A stretch of 64,000 nt of DNA from Elsinoe ampelina (taxonomy: Eukaryota), in NCBI GenBank assembly GCA_010093995.1, contig ML992506.1:1037196-1101195 (forward strand), read 5' to 3'. Each line of letters begins with the position of its first letter. Within the stretch, counting starts at the first letter, position 1. A program made the translations under genes and the position numbers. Positions 50,417 to 62,716 of this stretch are shown piece after piece. A model generated the notes under the pieces. It searched no databases. It was not told where the DNA came from and saw only the letters and a program-made list of their open reading frames with translations.

Positions 50417-51311
50417 CAGCTGTCACAGAAGGCGATCAGATCTATATCATGACTGACTTTATGGGCCTTAGGGAGGCCTCTGGGATCGTGAGGGTGCCGC
50501 AGGCATGGACAGGAAGCGGAGGAATATGTGCTGCTTTGATCCGCTGCTTTGATTTGTGGCCGGGGTCGTGGGTCGAATGTCCCCACAACACGTTGATGTC
50601 GCATGCCCTGGAAAGGCTGAACTACGCATGCGGCTCAGCAGCTTCAGCCCTACCACGGGCTGACCATTGAGTAATCATCTGCAGCTCACACGAAAAGTAT
50701 AGCAGAATAGACCATCGAGATCTCTTGTCATGGAATCTTACCCAGCCATAATCGTTGTGTACACTTTGTGTCTGGGAGAAATCGCAGGGAAGGCCAGCAT
50801 CGTAGCCACTTGGTCAATCCTGCATGCTAATCATGGTGCTCGTTATGACGCGCAAGGATTACAGGATGCGCGCTTCGATGCATGCACTTTCATTTCCCAC
50901 AACAACTGCATCCTCAAGCAAAAGGATGAGACCCAAATTTATGCCGCGAATGGCTCGTGCCGTCATGTTCGAGTGGAAGATTGAAGACAATCAGGAATGC
51001 TTGGTTGAGCTTCCCACGCTAGAAGCAGATTCCTCGACGCCGATTGGTCGGGAGAGCCGCTTCCTGCAGGCTTTGGAGTTTGAGCAGGGGGCAGTGAATC
51101 TCGGCGCTCCATCAAAGTCTCGTAAGTTGCTTGTCGCCATTCATTGATTCGCCATCTCCCTCTATCAATTCTCCATATACATACACTTGATCGCGCACTG
51201 TACACGTTGAAGATACACTTTGCCAACCAGTGACGATTCGACCAGTCTGCCAGCCACCGCAGACTTTGACAGCGCTGCGCGCATCCCATCAACAGGCACC
51301 ACTGTTTCGAC

Positions 51312-52760
51312 ATGGCAGTTAGTCTCGCCTCTCGCCGTGACTCAGACACCGTACTGACATATGAATAGTATAACAACAACAATTACGGCGGCGGTGGAGA
51401 TCGGTACGGAGGAGGGGGAGCAGGAGGTTATGGCCAACCGAACCCATATGGCGGACAGCAGTCGAACCCGTATGGTGGACAACAGCAATCAAACCCGTAT
51501 GGAGGACAGCAACAGAACCCGTACTCTTCGCCGCAACAGCAGAACCCATACGCAGCGCAGGGAAACCGATACGAAAACTCGAGCCCGTACAGTAAGAGCT
51601 GAAACAATCTATGGCAATAACATTACTGATGGTGGTAGACCAAGGTGGACAAGGACAGGCAGTGGAGATGCAAAATCTCCAGCAAGATCAGCACAATCCG
51701 TTCCAAGACGGCCAGCAGAACGGATACGGCGGTGCACCGCAACAGAGCAATCCCCATGCTATTCTAAACGAGTGCCGAGAAATTCAGCGCGCCATCGATG
51801 ACCTCGAGGGAGACCTTCAGACACTGCAGCGTGCACAGCGCGGATTCGTGAACGGCAACGGCGCCTCTAACAGAGAGATCGATGCTATGGGCGCTGAGAT
51901 CATGGGCACCTACCGATCCCTGGCCGACCGCGTCAAGCGGATAAAGAGCAAGCCAGGTATGCACCGTTCGAGGTACATGTTCGTCGCCACTTGTCTAACG
52001 TCCTCGCAGAAGCTGGCAACCCACAGAATGCTCCTCAAGTAGGTAATCTCGACCGCCGCATCAAGAAAGCCATCAACGCCTTCCAACAACAAGAATCGTC
52101 ATTCCGTAAGGAGGTTCAGGAGCAGCAGAAGCGCCAGTACTTGATCGTCAATCCGAACGCAACAGAGCAGGAACTGCGCGAGGTCTCCGAGGCTGGAGGC
52201 GACACCCAAATTTTCCAGCAAGCTCTCCTCTCTGCCGATCGTAGAGGTCAATCCCAATCGACACTACGATCCGTCCAGCAGCGACACGATGCTATCCAGC
52301 AGATCGAGCGCACTATGATGGAGCTGGCACAACTCTTCCAGGACCTCGACGCGATTGTCGTCCAGCAAGACCCGATGATCCAGAATGTGGAGAAGCACGC
52401 CGAGGATACGCAACAGCATATGGTCGAGGCCAATGTCCAACTCGAGCAAGCGACAGTCAAGGCCCGTGCTGCGAGGAAGAAGAAGTGGATCTGCCTGGGT
52501 ATCGTAGTGGCCATCATTGTCGTCGTGGCCATCATCGTACTGGTCTATGGTGCCACACAAGGCTGGTTTGTACGTTGATCTTCCTGTCCTAGTCCTTTCA
52601 GGTGCAGATCTTGCTAACCCGGACTCAGAGAAAGGACCCAGCTCCTGCTGCTCAGCCAGCGAAGCGAATGATCTTGGAGCATGCTGTCCATATGGCACGC
52701 GACATCCTTGATGAGCATCACAAATTGATTCGAGCTGTGGAGCCAGGACCGTTCGAGTAG
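51312..52760 (+). CDS. Plasma-membrane syntaxin (Sso1/2-like t-SNARE)
   Basis: Gly/Gln/Tyr-rich N-terminus, Habc region, SNARE motif RHDAIQQIERTMMELAQLF, RKKKW followed by a TM. Four introns, including 52570-52628 after the TM (the unspliced stop is at 52578). Confidence 0.9.
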
Positions 52761-54156
52761 CGCACGGGACGGCAGGGCCGCCAAGGTCGGGCACTCACTC
52801 GGCCTTGGCCCGCTTTGATCTGCGCGAGGGTGGAGTGCTGGGGCTGAGCTACCTTTTACCCACTCGTGGATGCAGAGGAGAAAGGGACATAGGAAAGGAA
52901 CAAAGTACATATTTTCAAAAGTTCGGATCAGGATCCACTGCACTTGAAGAAGCGAGATTGAAGGCCAGCAGAAGAGGAGGGGGCGGTAATTCCATATGTT
53001 CGTAGTCGTAGTCTCGACCTCCTTGCCAGAAGGATATCAAGAGGTGGCGAGGCTAGAGACATCTGTACTCTTAATCATCTGCAGAGGCATTCCTTGGGTA
53101 GCGGGCGTCCTAATCTATCGAGTCAGAATACCATTACATTCCATTGAGGTCCTCCCATGACCATACGACCACATCGTGAGAGATGCTTGCTGCATACTCG
53201 GCACATGGAGCAATGCGGTGCTCGGGCTGACCCACACTATACCCAATCAGTCAAACATCCCTGCTTCCAAGGCTTCTCTTACATCCAGAGCAAGCCGAAC
53301 AAGCCCTGCGCTATACGCGCTCTCCTCGCCACCAAGCTATGGAGTAAGTAGTCCGCTACGAAGTCGTTCATGCGGGATTACAGTAGCTGCACAGACTCGT
53401 CCATGAAATATACACCCCGCGGAACCCGGACGATGCCGGTCCGCTATTCTTGCCTCTCATCGTTACATGCTCCCCTGCTTTTGGCGTGCGATCTGCCATG
53501 TCCAGTGCGGTAAGTACGTCTCTTGGTGAGCCTGGGAGGGGTGAGGGGGATTTTAATGAGATTTGGACGGGGAGGAGAGTTGGGGGATCATCGAGGCCGG
53601 GGCTGGGGAGGCGCAGAGGTGGGGCCCAGCTGTGAGCGGAGGTAGTAGAGAGGGCTAAATGCTGAAGGCAGAGGGTCGGGGAGAGGGGGCGAAGGAGAGG
53701 TGAGAGGCAAAGGGGGAAAACGAGACGAGGTGGCTGGCGAGATGAGCAAACAGTGATGTGAGGAGGGAATGGTCTTTTGCCGATATGTTGCTGAGCTGGG
53801 TCCTTTCAAAGCAGACTGTACCTAGCATTGGAGAGGTGTGTGGATTGGACGGTCATTTTCAACGACTATCTGCCGCTGTCCTGATGCTGTGATATCAAAT
53901 ACTCTCGGCCCTGCTTTGGGGCTATGCTACTGAGCAAACCCATGCTTCCTGCTTCAAACGCCAATGCTTTCAATTTTCCCATGCATAATACAGACAGTTC
54001 ACCACCGTTGCTTTCCCTTGCGATTTATCACATCAAAGACACCCGCAAGAACGTCCGGGCTAAGATGCCTCACCACCCCCTCTGCATCTCCAACATCTCC
54101 TGCTTCTGCCTCTCCTCCAACGACGACCGCTTCCGTCTCTCCGCGTGGTCAAACTT

Positions 54157-57100
54157 CTAATCATACCCAGGCGCGTCGTCTTGCATCCCACCCGGTGTCT
54201 CAGCTGCATAAGCTCCCGGTGTCTGCGGATAGCCGCCTGGTGTCGGTGCGCTCGCTGCTCCACCTGGCGTGGCATAGTCGCGACCGTATCGACCTGGGCC
54301 GGGCGTGGGCTGATCGTAGCCGCCTGATGCACCGGGGGTTGGAGCTGTGTAAGCCCCTGGTGTGGGCGCGTCGTAGCCGTAGGTTGTCTGTGATAGAGTC
54401 AGTAATTTGGTGAGTGGCAAAAGATATTGAAGGATATGCTTACCCCGCCATAACTCGTGCCTGAGCCTCCGTAGCTCGTCATGTTTCCTCCGTAGCTGGT
54501 GGACCCTCCGTAACTTGTCATATTTCCACCGTAAGCTGTCGCACCACCGCCGTTAGCACCACTATTCCCACCCCCAGCCCATGCGGGCGTCCGTGATGTG
54601 CCACTGTTGCCGTATTGCGTTCTACTGCCATCCTTCCAGGCAGGGGTGCGTCCTCCGCCACCAGCTGCCCATGCTGGAGTACGACTGCCGCTGTGTGGGG
54701 TCTGTCCCCAAGCAGGTGTGCGTCCTCCCATTGCACCGCCACCATAACTTGTATGTCCACCTGTGGCCATTGAATTGGGAATGCCTCTTCCACCGTTCCT
54801 GACGTCGGATGAGATGACAGCTCCAGTCTTGGGGTCGCGGATGGTGAGATTATCCTTCTTGCACTCGATAAAAGTCTTTTTGGACGACACCTCGATGCGT
54901 ACAGAGTCGTCCGTCGAGTCGACCACGCGGCCGATGATGCCCTTGTACACACCCTTCTTCGGAGCGACCGTCTTGCCGATGAGATGATCTCGACCCATGC
55001 TTCGTGGTGGCGGCGCCATAGCTGGGGCGGCAGCGCCCGGTCTCTGTAAAGCTGGGTTCATCTTCGAAAGCGCTCCCATGGCCCCACCTGGCTTGCTTCT
55101 CGCACCGACAGTCAGGACGTTCGTGGCTCGAGCAACAAAGACACCAGCATTCTCCAGTTGTTCTCTGCTGTGAACGAAGAGGTAGTTGCGGTGAATGTGA
55201 AGAACTCGTCCAGATTTGGAATCACCGGCATATTCTTTGACTGTATCGTCAATGCGGATTTCCGAGGAATCACGATCCACCGTCTTGGCTTCTTTCCGAC
55301 GTTCCAGCTTGTTTGAGATTTGCGAGGGCAGAAGATTACGAAGAGTGCCGTTCTGATCAAGCACGCGGACCGATTCGCGGTCGACCTTGACAACAACACC
55401 AACTGTCGAGGCGCTATACAGTGTTAGCATCACCCCAAATGGTACCATAACATGAGAACTTACTCAAGCTGCACAAGATCGTGCAGATCGTACTTGGACA
55501 ACCCAACCTGACCTCCCGAGTCGGAGGCCACGCGCAAGTCCTTGCTAAAGACTGTAATTTCGGTATTCGTCGAGTCCGTTAAAATCGTGACTCGATCCTC
55601 ATGAATCCTCACCACCATACCAACTTCGTCAAAGTACTTGCTCCCACCAATGACCTTGACGTGGTCACCCTCGCGGAAGAGCTTGCGAAGTCCCTTGATA
55701 GGAGACTCGATGATCGTTCCTCTAAGAGGGCCTTCACTGACTTCGATGCGGACAATATCGCCAGTAACGCTTCTAGCTTTACCCCAGACACCACGCTGTT
55801 CGCCCTGATAGATCTCGACAGTGTCGCCTGGCAAGAAAGCTGCACCAGTGCTGCTTTTTATGGTGGCCGCAAGTGCTGAAAGGTCCAAGTTCTCGGTACC
55901 GTCTTCAGCTCCCTCTCTAGCAAATTTGGTGACCTCTTCGAGAGTTGGATTGACATCCTCTGTCTGCAGGTGGTTTGCTTTGAAGCTCTTGATCAAATAC
56001 CCTTCTTCGTAGGTTTCGCCCATGTATTGAAAGCTGTGCCCGGACAGACCTGCGTTCATGCTCAGGAAACGAGAGTGCTTCTTCTTGGCCTCGTTCTCGC
56101 TGAATAGACGTTGAGGTGGCTTCGGACCTCCACTGGTTGCGCCAAAGCCACCAGGTCGTTTTCTCTTCACCACACCAGAGTCGAAAGCGGCGTTCGCATC
56201 CTCGTTCAGGCCGTAGTCCAGACGAGGGATGACTCGCAGCTCCACCTCGACACCGTTGGGCTCGACATCGTTGATCTGTGCCAAGTCTCCAGAGTACTTT
56301 CCACGCTTGATGCGAACAAAGTGGCCAACTTGCAGTTCCTTACTCTTCCTGACTCTGAGCAGATCGGGCATTTCTCCAATCGGTACCAGCAAAGGTTTCG
56401 ATCCGAGGTAGACATTCTGCATGCCTTCGAGTCCAGATGTGATATCAGCCAGTGTCCTCGCTTCGACATACAGCGATCCACCCATGACACCTCCCCTCTC
56501 AAAAGCCGAGATGACCTGCAATGGCTCCCTAGTCCCAGCTCGATCCTCAATGCGCTTCATAATGTTGAAGATAACTTCCCTCTCCTTGCCAGGCTTGCAC
56601 TTGAGGCGCCAGATCGAAGGGTCGTCCACGCTCGGTAGTAGGAGTCGTTGGGGCACAATGACCGAATCTGTTGCTGCTGCTCTGTTGCGACCGTACCTCT
56701 CCTTCAACAGTGCCGCCTGCTTTTCGGCATCCATTGAAGCGGCCAGATCTCGTTGTCTGTCGAGTTCTCTGTGCTTGCGGTCGTCTCTGTCAGCTCCAGG
56801 TGGAAGTTCCATCAGATCATCGGGATGCATGTCCTCGCCTGCAATCTCATCCTCGTCTTCTGGATCCTCCTCATCTTCCTCGTCCACTTCTGCCTCGACA
56901 TCAATGAACTGGTTTCGAGGGTCTCGTCGTCTCCGCTTGCGTGCTCGGCCCTGCAAATGTCAATCCCACTCACGCACCTTCATCGGTTCGTACTCACTGT
57001 GACTTCCTCCTCCTCGTCATCCTCATCCTCCTCGTCTTCTTCATCATCGTCGTCATCATCATCGTCCTTGCCCTTGGGCTCATCATCAACTTCATCACCA

Positions 57101-57348
57101 TCATCATCTTCTGCGCCATCTTCATCGTCCATCTTCAGCTCGCCATCTTCGTCATCTCGCGGTGCAGCCCCGTTTGTCTTTGTCCTCACTGGCATCTCGT
57201 CGTCCTCATCTTCGTCCGGGACCACCTTGCTTTTGCTGGCAGTCTTCCTCCCATCATCGCCTTCATCGTCCGAGGCGACTGCGGGCGCAGGATTAAAATC
57301 TTCCTCGTCGGAATCACCGCCAGCGAAATCGTTATTGTAATTCGACAT
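54157..57348 (-). CDS. SPT5: Transcription elongation factor Spt5
   Basis: Acidic N-terminus, NGN domain ([12 protein letters not shown]), KOW repeats, GRTPAW and PTPG C-terminal repeats; 3 introns. Confidence 0.96.
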
Positions 57349-57717
57349 GGCTGCGAGGCCACGCCTTTGAGAGCTGACAGCACCTGGTCCAAGAGCTGTG
57401 GGAGATTCGCCTGAGAGAGATCGGATAGCGCTGAACAGTCTCCAAGGTTGATATCTGGTGTAAGAAGAAATGAAAGAAAAGAGAATCTAGGAAGAGAGGT
57501 TGACATTACTTGAGGCTCAAGTTCAGGCTTGCGGATGCTCCCGTGTCTGCCCCCGGAGAAAGTGGTCCAAGCTCCTTTGGCGGGCATGCTTTACATGCAT
57601 GCTTGTGCGACGGTCATCCAACAACTCAAATACATGAATACAATATGGTATCTGCTGGATCGGAACATCGCTCCACCTCGCCACTGCGTACAGGCAAATT
57701 CGATCTAATCATTACCG

Positions 57718-59360
57718 CTATGATCCTTGCAGAGGCTGGCCCATTCCTCCAAGAGTGACCATCTTGATGACCATGTATTCGTCGATACCGTACTTTGACC
57801 CCTCTCGCCCGAATCCGGACTGCTTGACACCGCCGAATGGTGCTGCTGGATCCGAGATGATGCCGGTGTTGACACCGACCATGCCGACCTCGAGTGCTTC
57901 CGCTACTCGGTATACCTAGAAGAAAATTAGTCGTGGTCTCTCCTTTCACGAGTGCCACTCACCCGTTGAATATCCTTCGAGTAGAAGTACCCTGCAAGGC
58001 CAACCTCCGCCTCATTGGCGAGCTTGAGGACCTCGGCCTCGGACTCGAATTTGAAGAGACCGGCCACTGGTCCGAATGTCTCCTCGTTATGCAACTCCAT
58101 CTTATCGGTCATGTCCCTGATCACAGTTGGCTGGAAGAAGTTTTCACCAGCCTCCGGAATCTTCTCTCCACCAACCAAAACCTTGCCGCCTTGCTTAATA
58201 GCATCCTGGACGTGTCTCTCTACCTTCTCCACCGCGCGATCGTGAATCAAAGGACCGTGGGTCACACCCTCCTCGTAGCCCCCGCCAACCTTGAAGCTCT
58301 TGACCTTCTCTGCAAACGCGGTGGCGAACTTGTCATAAATACCCGATTGAATGTAGATCCTGTTTGCACACACGCAGGTTTGACCTGATGATCGGAACTT
58401 GCAAGCAATAGCGCCAGCAACGGCTGCGTCAAGGTCTGCGTCGTCGAAGACGATGAACGGAGCGTTACCTCCGAGCTCGAAGGAAAGCTTCTTCAGGGTA
58501 TCTGCCGATTGCTTCATGAGAAGCTTGCCCACGCCTGTGCTGCCTGTGAAAGAGACCTTGCGGATCGTGTTGGAAGATGTGATTGTCGAGCCGACCTCAG
58601 CGGTATTCTTAAGAGCCGTGATAATGTTTACAACTCCTGGTGGAATACCAGCGCGTATCGACAGCTCAGCCAGGGCAGCGGCTGTGAAAGGGGTCTCTCC
58701 TGGTGACTTTGCTACAACTGTGCAGCCAGCAGCAAGAGCTGGACCAATCTTACGTGTGATCATGGCAGCAGGGAAGTTCCACCTACCAATGTCAGCAGAT
58801 GTTGTATGGAAAGCTTGGGTGACTTACGGGGTAATCAGACCGCAGACACCGACCGGCTCCTTAATGGTGAACACCCTGTTGCCCGCGACAGTCGCAGTGA
58901 TGGTATCACCGTACGCTCGCGGCGCTTCCTCACTAAACCACTCAAAGAAATTGGAAGCATAAGCCACCTCGCCCTTCGCATCTGCCAGAGGCTTGCCATT
59001 CTCCCAGGTGATGAGCTTGGCAAGATCCTCTGCATTGTCCACCATGAGCTGGTACCACTTCCTCAGCATCTTTGCTCTTTCTCTGGCGGTGGTTTTCCTG
59101 AACGAAGGTAGCGCATCAGCGGCGGCTTTGATCGCGAGCTCTGTGTCCTCCTTGTCCATCTCGGGCATAGTCCCAATAGGTTTCATGGTGGCCGGGTCGA
59201 CAACCTCGAAGGTCTTGCCCGACTTTGCGTCAACCCATTTGCCATTGATGAAGGCTTGTGACTTGAGTAACGACTTATCGTTGAGCTGGAACTGTGGTCA
59301 GCAAGAGTCCTGGGCAAGGTAGTGGACGGATGGGTGTACTGGGGGAACGCTGTGACCCAT
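57718..59360 (-). CDS. Succinate-semialdehyde dehydrogenase (NADP+)
   Basis: [60 protein letters not shown]; 3 introns. Confidence 0.93.
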
Positions 59361-59886
59361 TGCGTATGACCTTGAGATTGTTCGCAGATAGTTGAAAGTT
59401 TGGAAATGGAAACGCGGTCTTGATCTAGAAGCAATCTGAACTAAAGAACGCATTGTAGAAGAATGGAATGGTCATAGGGGAAAAGTCATTGAAACCTCAG
59501 CTGGGCATTCAGAGGTGTTGGAGAATGTCGGAGCCATTCCATTGACCCCACCATGACATGAAAGCTCGACGGTGCCGTTTCCGAATGAGGGGAAATGTTT
59601 ACATGATGATGTAAATTGGCAGCGCAATTTTTTGTTAGTCAATGTATCCTACGCTGTTGAGACGTGATGGCCATTGTCTTAGGCTGTAAAACGATGCTTG
59701 TCCGCAATGCATTCAAAGCAATTGTCATAACCAACTTTGCCGCATGAGGAAGCAAAGAATGGCCCGCTAAGCCCATACTCCTAGGTACCCTTATAGCCGA
59801 TTCCACCAAAGCAAACAACCGCGCTCCGAGCGCTGCTTCCCAAATCATCCAAAGCGCCATGCTGGTATTCATGCTCTGTTCATCAT

Positions 59887-60333
59887 TCAATTCCATCCGA
59901 TAATCCCCTGTCTGACAATGCGCTCCCCGTTGACTCCCCGATGCTCCACCCTAACTCTTCGACCAATGATGCCATCACCTCCGACTCCAAGGTTGATAGG
60001 GAAGGGCAAATGAAACAAGCCCGAGCTCTGACATTGTCGCAGCGAGAAGTTGTGCAAGACATTGTGTGGACTGTTGGCTGCTCGTAGATCTCCATCCTGG
60101 CTGTGTGTGGTCAGAGTGTATTAGAATTGAAAATGGATGGCTCAATCATACTGAATCTGCACATCAAAAGCTTGATCTTGACCCTGCAGCGGTTGTGTGC
60201 TGCCGCATATGGAAGCAATAGTGCTAGCGTCCTGTGATTGAAAGAGTAGGTTGAGATCCGGTGCAGCTCCAGAGTCGGACTTGAGGATAGCAATGGTACC
60301 TCCAACCGATGTTTTGCTCGAGTCACCACACAT
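59887..60333 (-). CDS. Small (131 aa) degenerate Cu/Zn-SOD/CCS-domain-II-like protein
   Basis: Exon 1 60333-60152, intron 60151-60101 (GTATGA...CTGAC...CAG), exon 2 60100-59887. The spliced frame is open and gives IHQDGDL, GIIGRRVRV and GIIGWN*. Confidence 0.72.
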
Positions 60334-61218
60334 CTTGGTCGTTAAGTAGCCAAAGAATATCGAAGGTTTGCTGTGCGCCTCTTCCTCAAATGAGGCTGTC
60401 GCAGCGTGGAGGTGGTAGAGAAGAACAGAAACAAACCTGTACGACACCTTCAGACTCACCTGCCCTCGTCCTTTTAAACAAACACCATGATGGACATGAA
60501 TGGACAAAACTTGCGCATGGCGGCTGCTGGACGATAGAAATGTGCTCAACCGTAATGAACGCCGAGCCAGGCCTTTGAGCAAGTTTCACCACAAAGCTCC
60601 GGATGAGGTAGTTTTTTGTTTCTGAGCACTCGTGGGAGGACACGTCAGGGCTGACCGGAGCCATGAAACATGCGCTGAACGATGAAAGGGAGGAGACGTT
60701 CTTGACAGTGGGTGCGTCTGGGTGTATTCGATGTCGCATGTTTGCCCCTCATGGGCTGTCGAGGTCATGCGACTGACTGCAGCCATCTCTCGATTCTCGC
60801 CATCGCCATTTGGACCAATGTCGCAGCTCTATTGACGAATCCTGGAGCTGACAATGAATCCGAAGAATCAGGTTAGGTCAATCTAGGGCGACTCGTGTAT
60901 TTTGAGCAAGGACAAAGGATAGAGAAGAATGCAAACATCTAGGAAGGATTTGCGACGTGATGTACTGTTGCCGTTTAACCAAAGCTATTTGCACCGTTTG
61001 CATTGATCAGGCCGCGGAGCTCTTGAGCAAGCAAGCAAACAACTCAATCACAACGCTTCAGCCCAAGGCCACGGACACTACATGCACTGTATTGTTATGG
61101 ATTAAGGCGTTGTCGCGCCGTGTTATAGGATACAACTGGACCAAGCGTAACACCTGTTGACGACACTCTCGACTCCTATGTGCATGACCTCCAATCACAT
61201 GCCCCATCCACCCTCACA

Positions 61219-62666
61219 ATGGACAAGCAAGTCCACCCCTGCGCTTCTACAATCTCATCTATCTAATGCTCCATAGCTCCTGGATCCCGTCCAAACTACG
61301 CTCCTCGCTCCCCAAAATGCCGCTCGCTCCGATCCCACCACCAATAACAGCAAGCATCTTCCTCCCTACTCGACCACCTCCCTCTCCTCTCCCACAGAAG
61401 CCATGGTACCACCGCAAAGCTGCTTCCCTCGAGTCCGACCTCCAACTTCTCCTCGATGCCCAAGCCGCTTCCCTCTCGAATCCCCTCTCTCCTCCTTCAC
61501 CCTCACCGGCCCCGTCCTCAGCAAGCAGCACCGCCTCCTACCATCCAAGTCGCACCAAAAAGATCCCTCTTCGCCAAGCGCGTGCTGGTCTATACACGAC
61601 CATGCGCCGGCTCGCCGCTCTCAAAGATGAAGAAGTCTCCGCTCTTGTGGCAACAGTGGACTCAGTCGCAGGGTCGCATGAACAGCTGCTTGCGTGGACC
61701 GAGCAACGCACGAAGCTTCGCGAGCGCACAGAGCAAATCGCTTCAAGTGAGGACGTGGACAGGGCGAAAGAGCTGAGGGAGCAAGCGGAGGGACTGCAAC
61801 CTGAGATACGCGAATTGGAGGACCGACTATCGGAGCTGCGCAACGAGCAGAGACGGTTGATGAGGGAGGCAGATGAGGTTGCGAATAGGGTAGAGGGCAA
61901 GGTTGCAGGGTATACGAGACGGCTTGAGGGAGTGGAAAGAGAAGTTAGGAGTTTCCTTGAAGGACTAGGGCGAGAGGGCGATGTGGTGTTTGACCAGCAC
62001 GGTGACGGGGAGGATGAGGAAGGCTTTTGGGCGGCGCCTAAGAGGAGGACTTTGGAGATGGCTGTTGACGTGGTGGGAAAAGAGCGAGAACGTGCAGAGG
62101 GACGGCTCGATGTGGTTGAGACGGAGAAAGAGGCATTGCTAGAAGGAGCTATGGTATGGAAGGACGTGATACGGCTGGTAGAAGGATTTGAGAAGGACCT
62201 TCGAGAAGACATGCAGAACTCGAGAAACAATCCGGGCTCTAGCGAGCAGCTGAAAGACACACTGAGCCGGATGGACGAGGTCGTCGAACAGCTCGAAAGC
62301 CAAATGGCCCTTTCCGAGACCAAAGGGTGGAAACTCCTCATAGCAGCCATCGGGGCCGAGCTCGACGCCTTCCTCAAGGGCAAAGATGTCCTCCAACAAG
62401 CCCTCGACGCAATCGAAAGGCCCCATGACCGCCCATTATTCGACGATACAAACGACGACGAGGAAGAGCAAGGCGTCAACTCCGTAATCCGCTCACCTCC
62501 AGCAACACGAAAAGACGACCAAGAATCCCACGACGGCAAAATCGAAGCGCTCGACCACGCCTTCAACCGCAGACCAACAACCAACGGCTCCCACGACACT
62601 GACGAAGACGACGACGGCCCAGACCCAGAACTAATGATCTCCCATCACGACACAGACACAGACTAG
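61219..62666 (+). CDS. Coiled-coil protein, Atg28-like
   Basis: 466-aa ORF; LQLLLDAQ, ARAGLYTTMRRLAALK and GWKLLIAAIGAEL resemble fungal Atg28 family sequences (from memory). Probable 8-nt first exon followed by a GC-AG intron. Confidence 0.65.
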
Positions 62667-62716
62667 ACTCTTTTCCCATGACAGCCTTGATACCCATTCC
62701 AAACCCCTTCCCCCCT

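Noticed and set aside
60596..60661. C/D-box snoRNA-like element (GCTCCGG...GATGA...CTGA...CTGA-CCGGAGC)
   Set aside because: Box C is imperfect, the terminal stem competes with K-turn geometry, and I could not identify an rRNA/snRNA-complementary guide. A snoscan/Infernal search would be needed.
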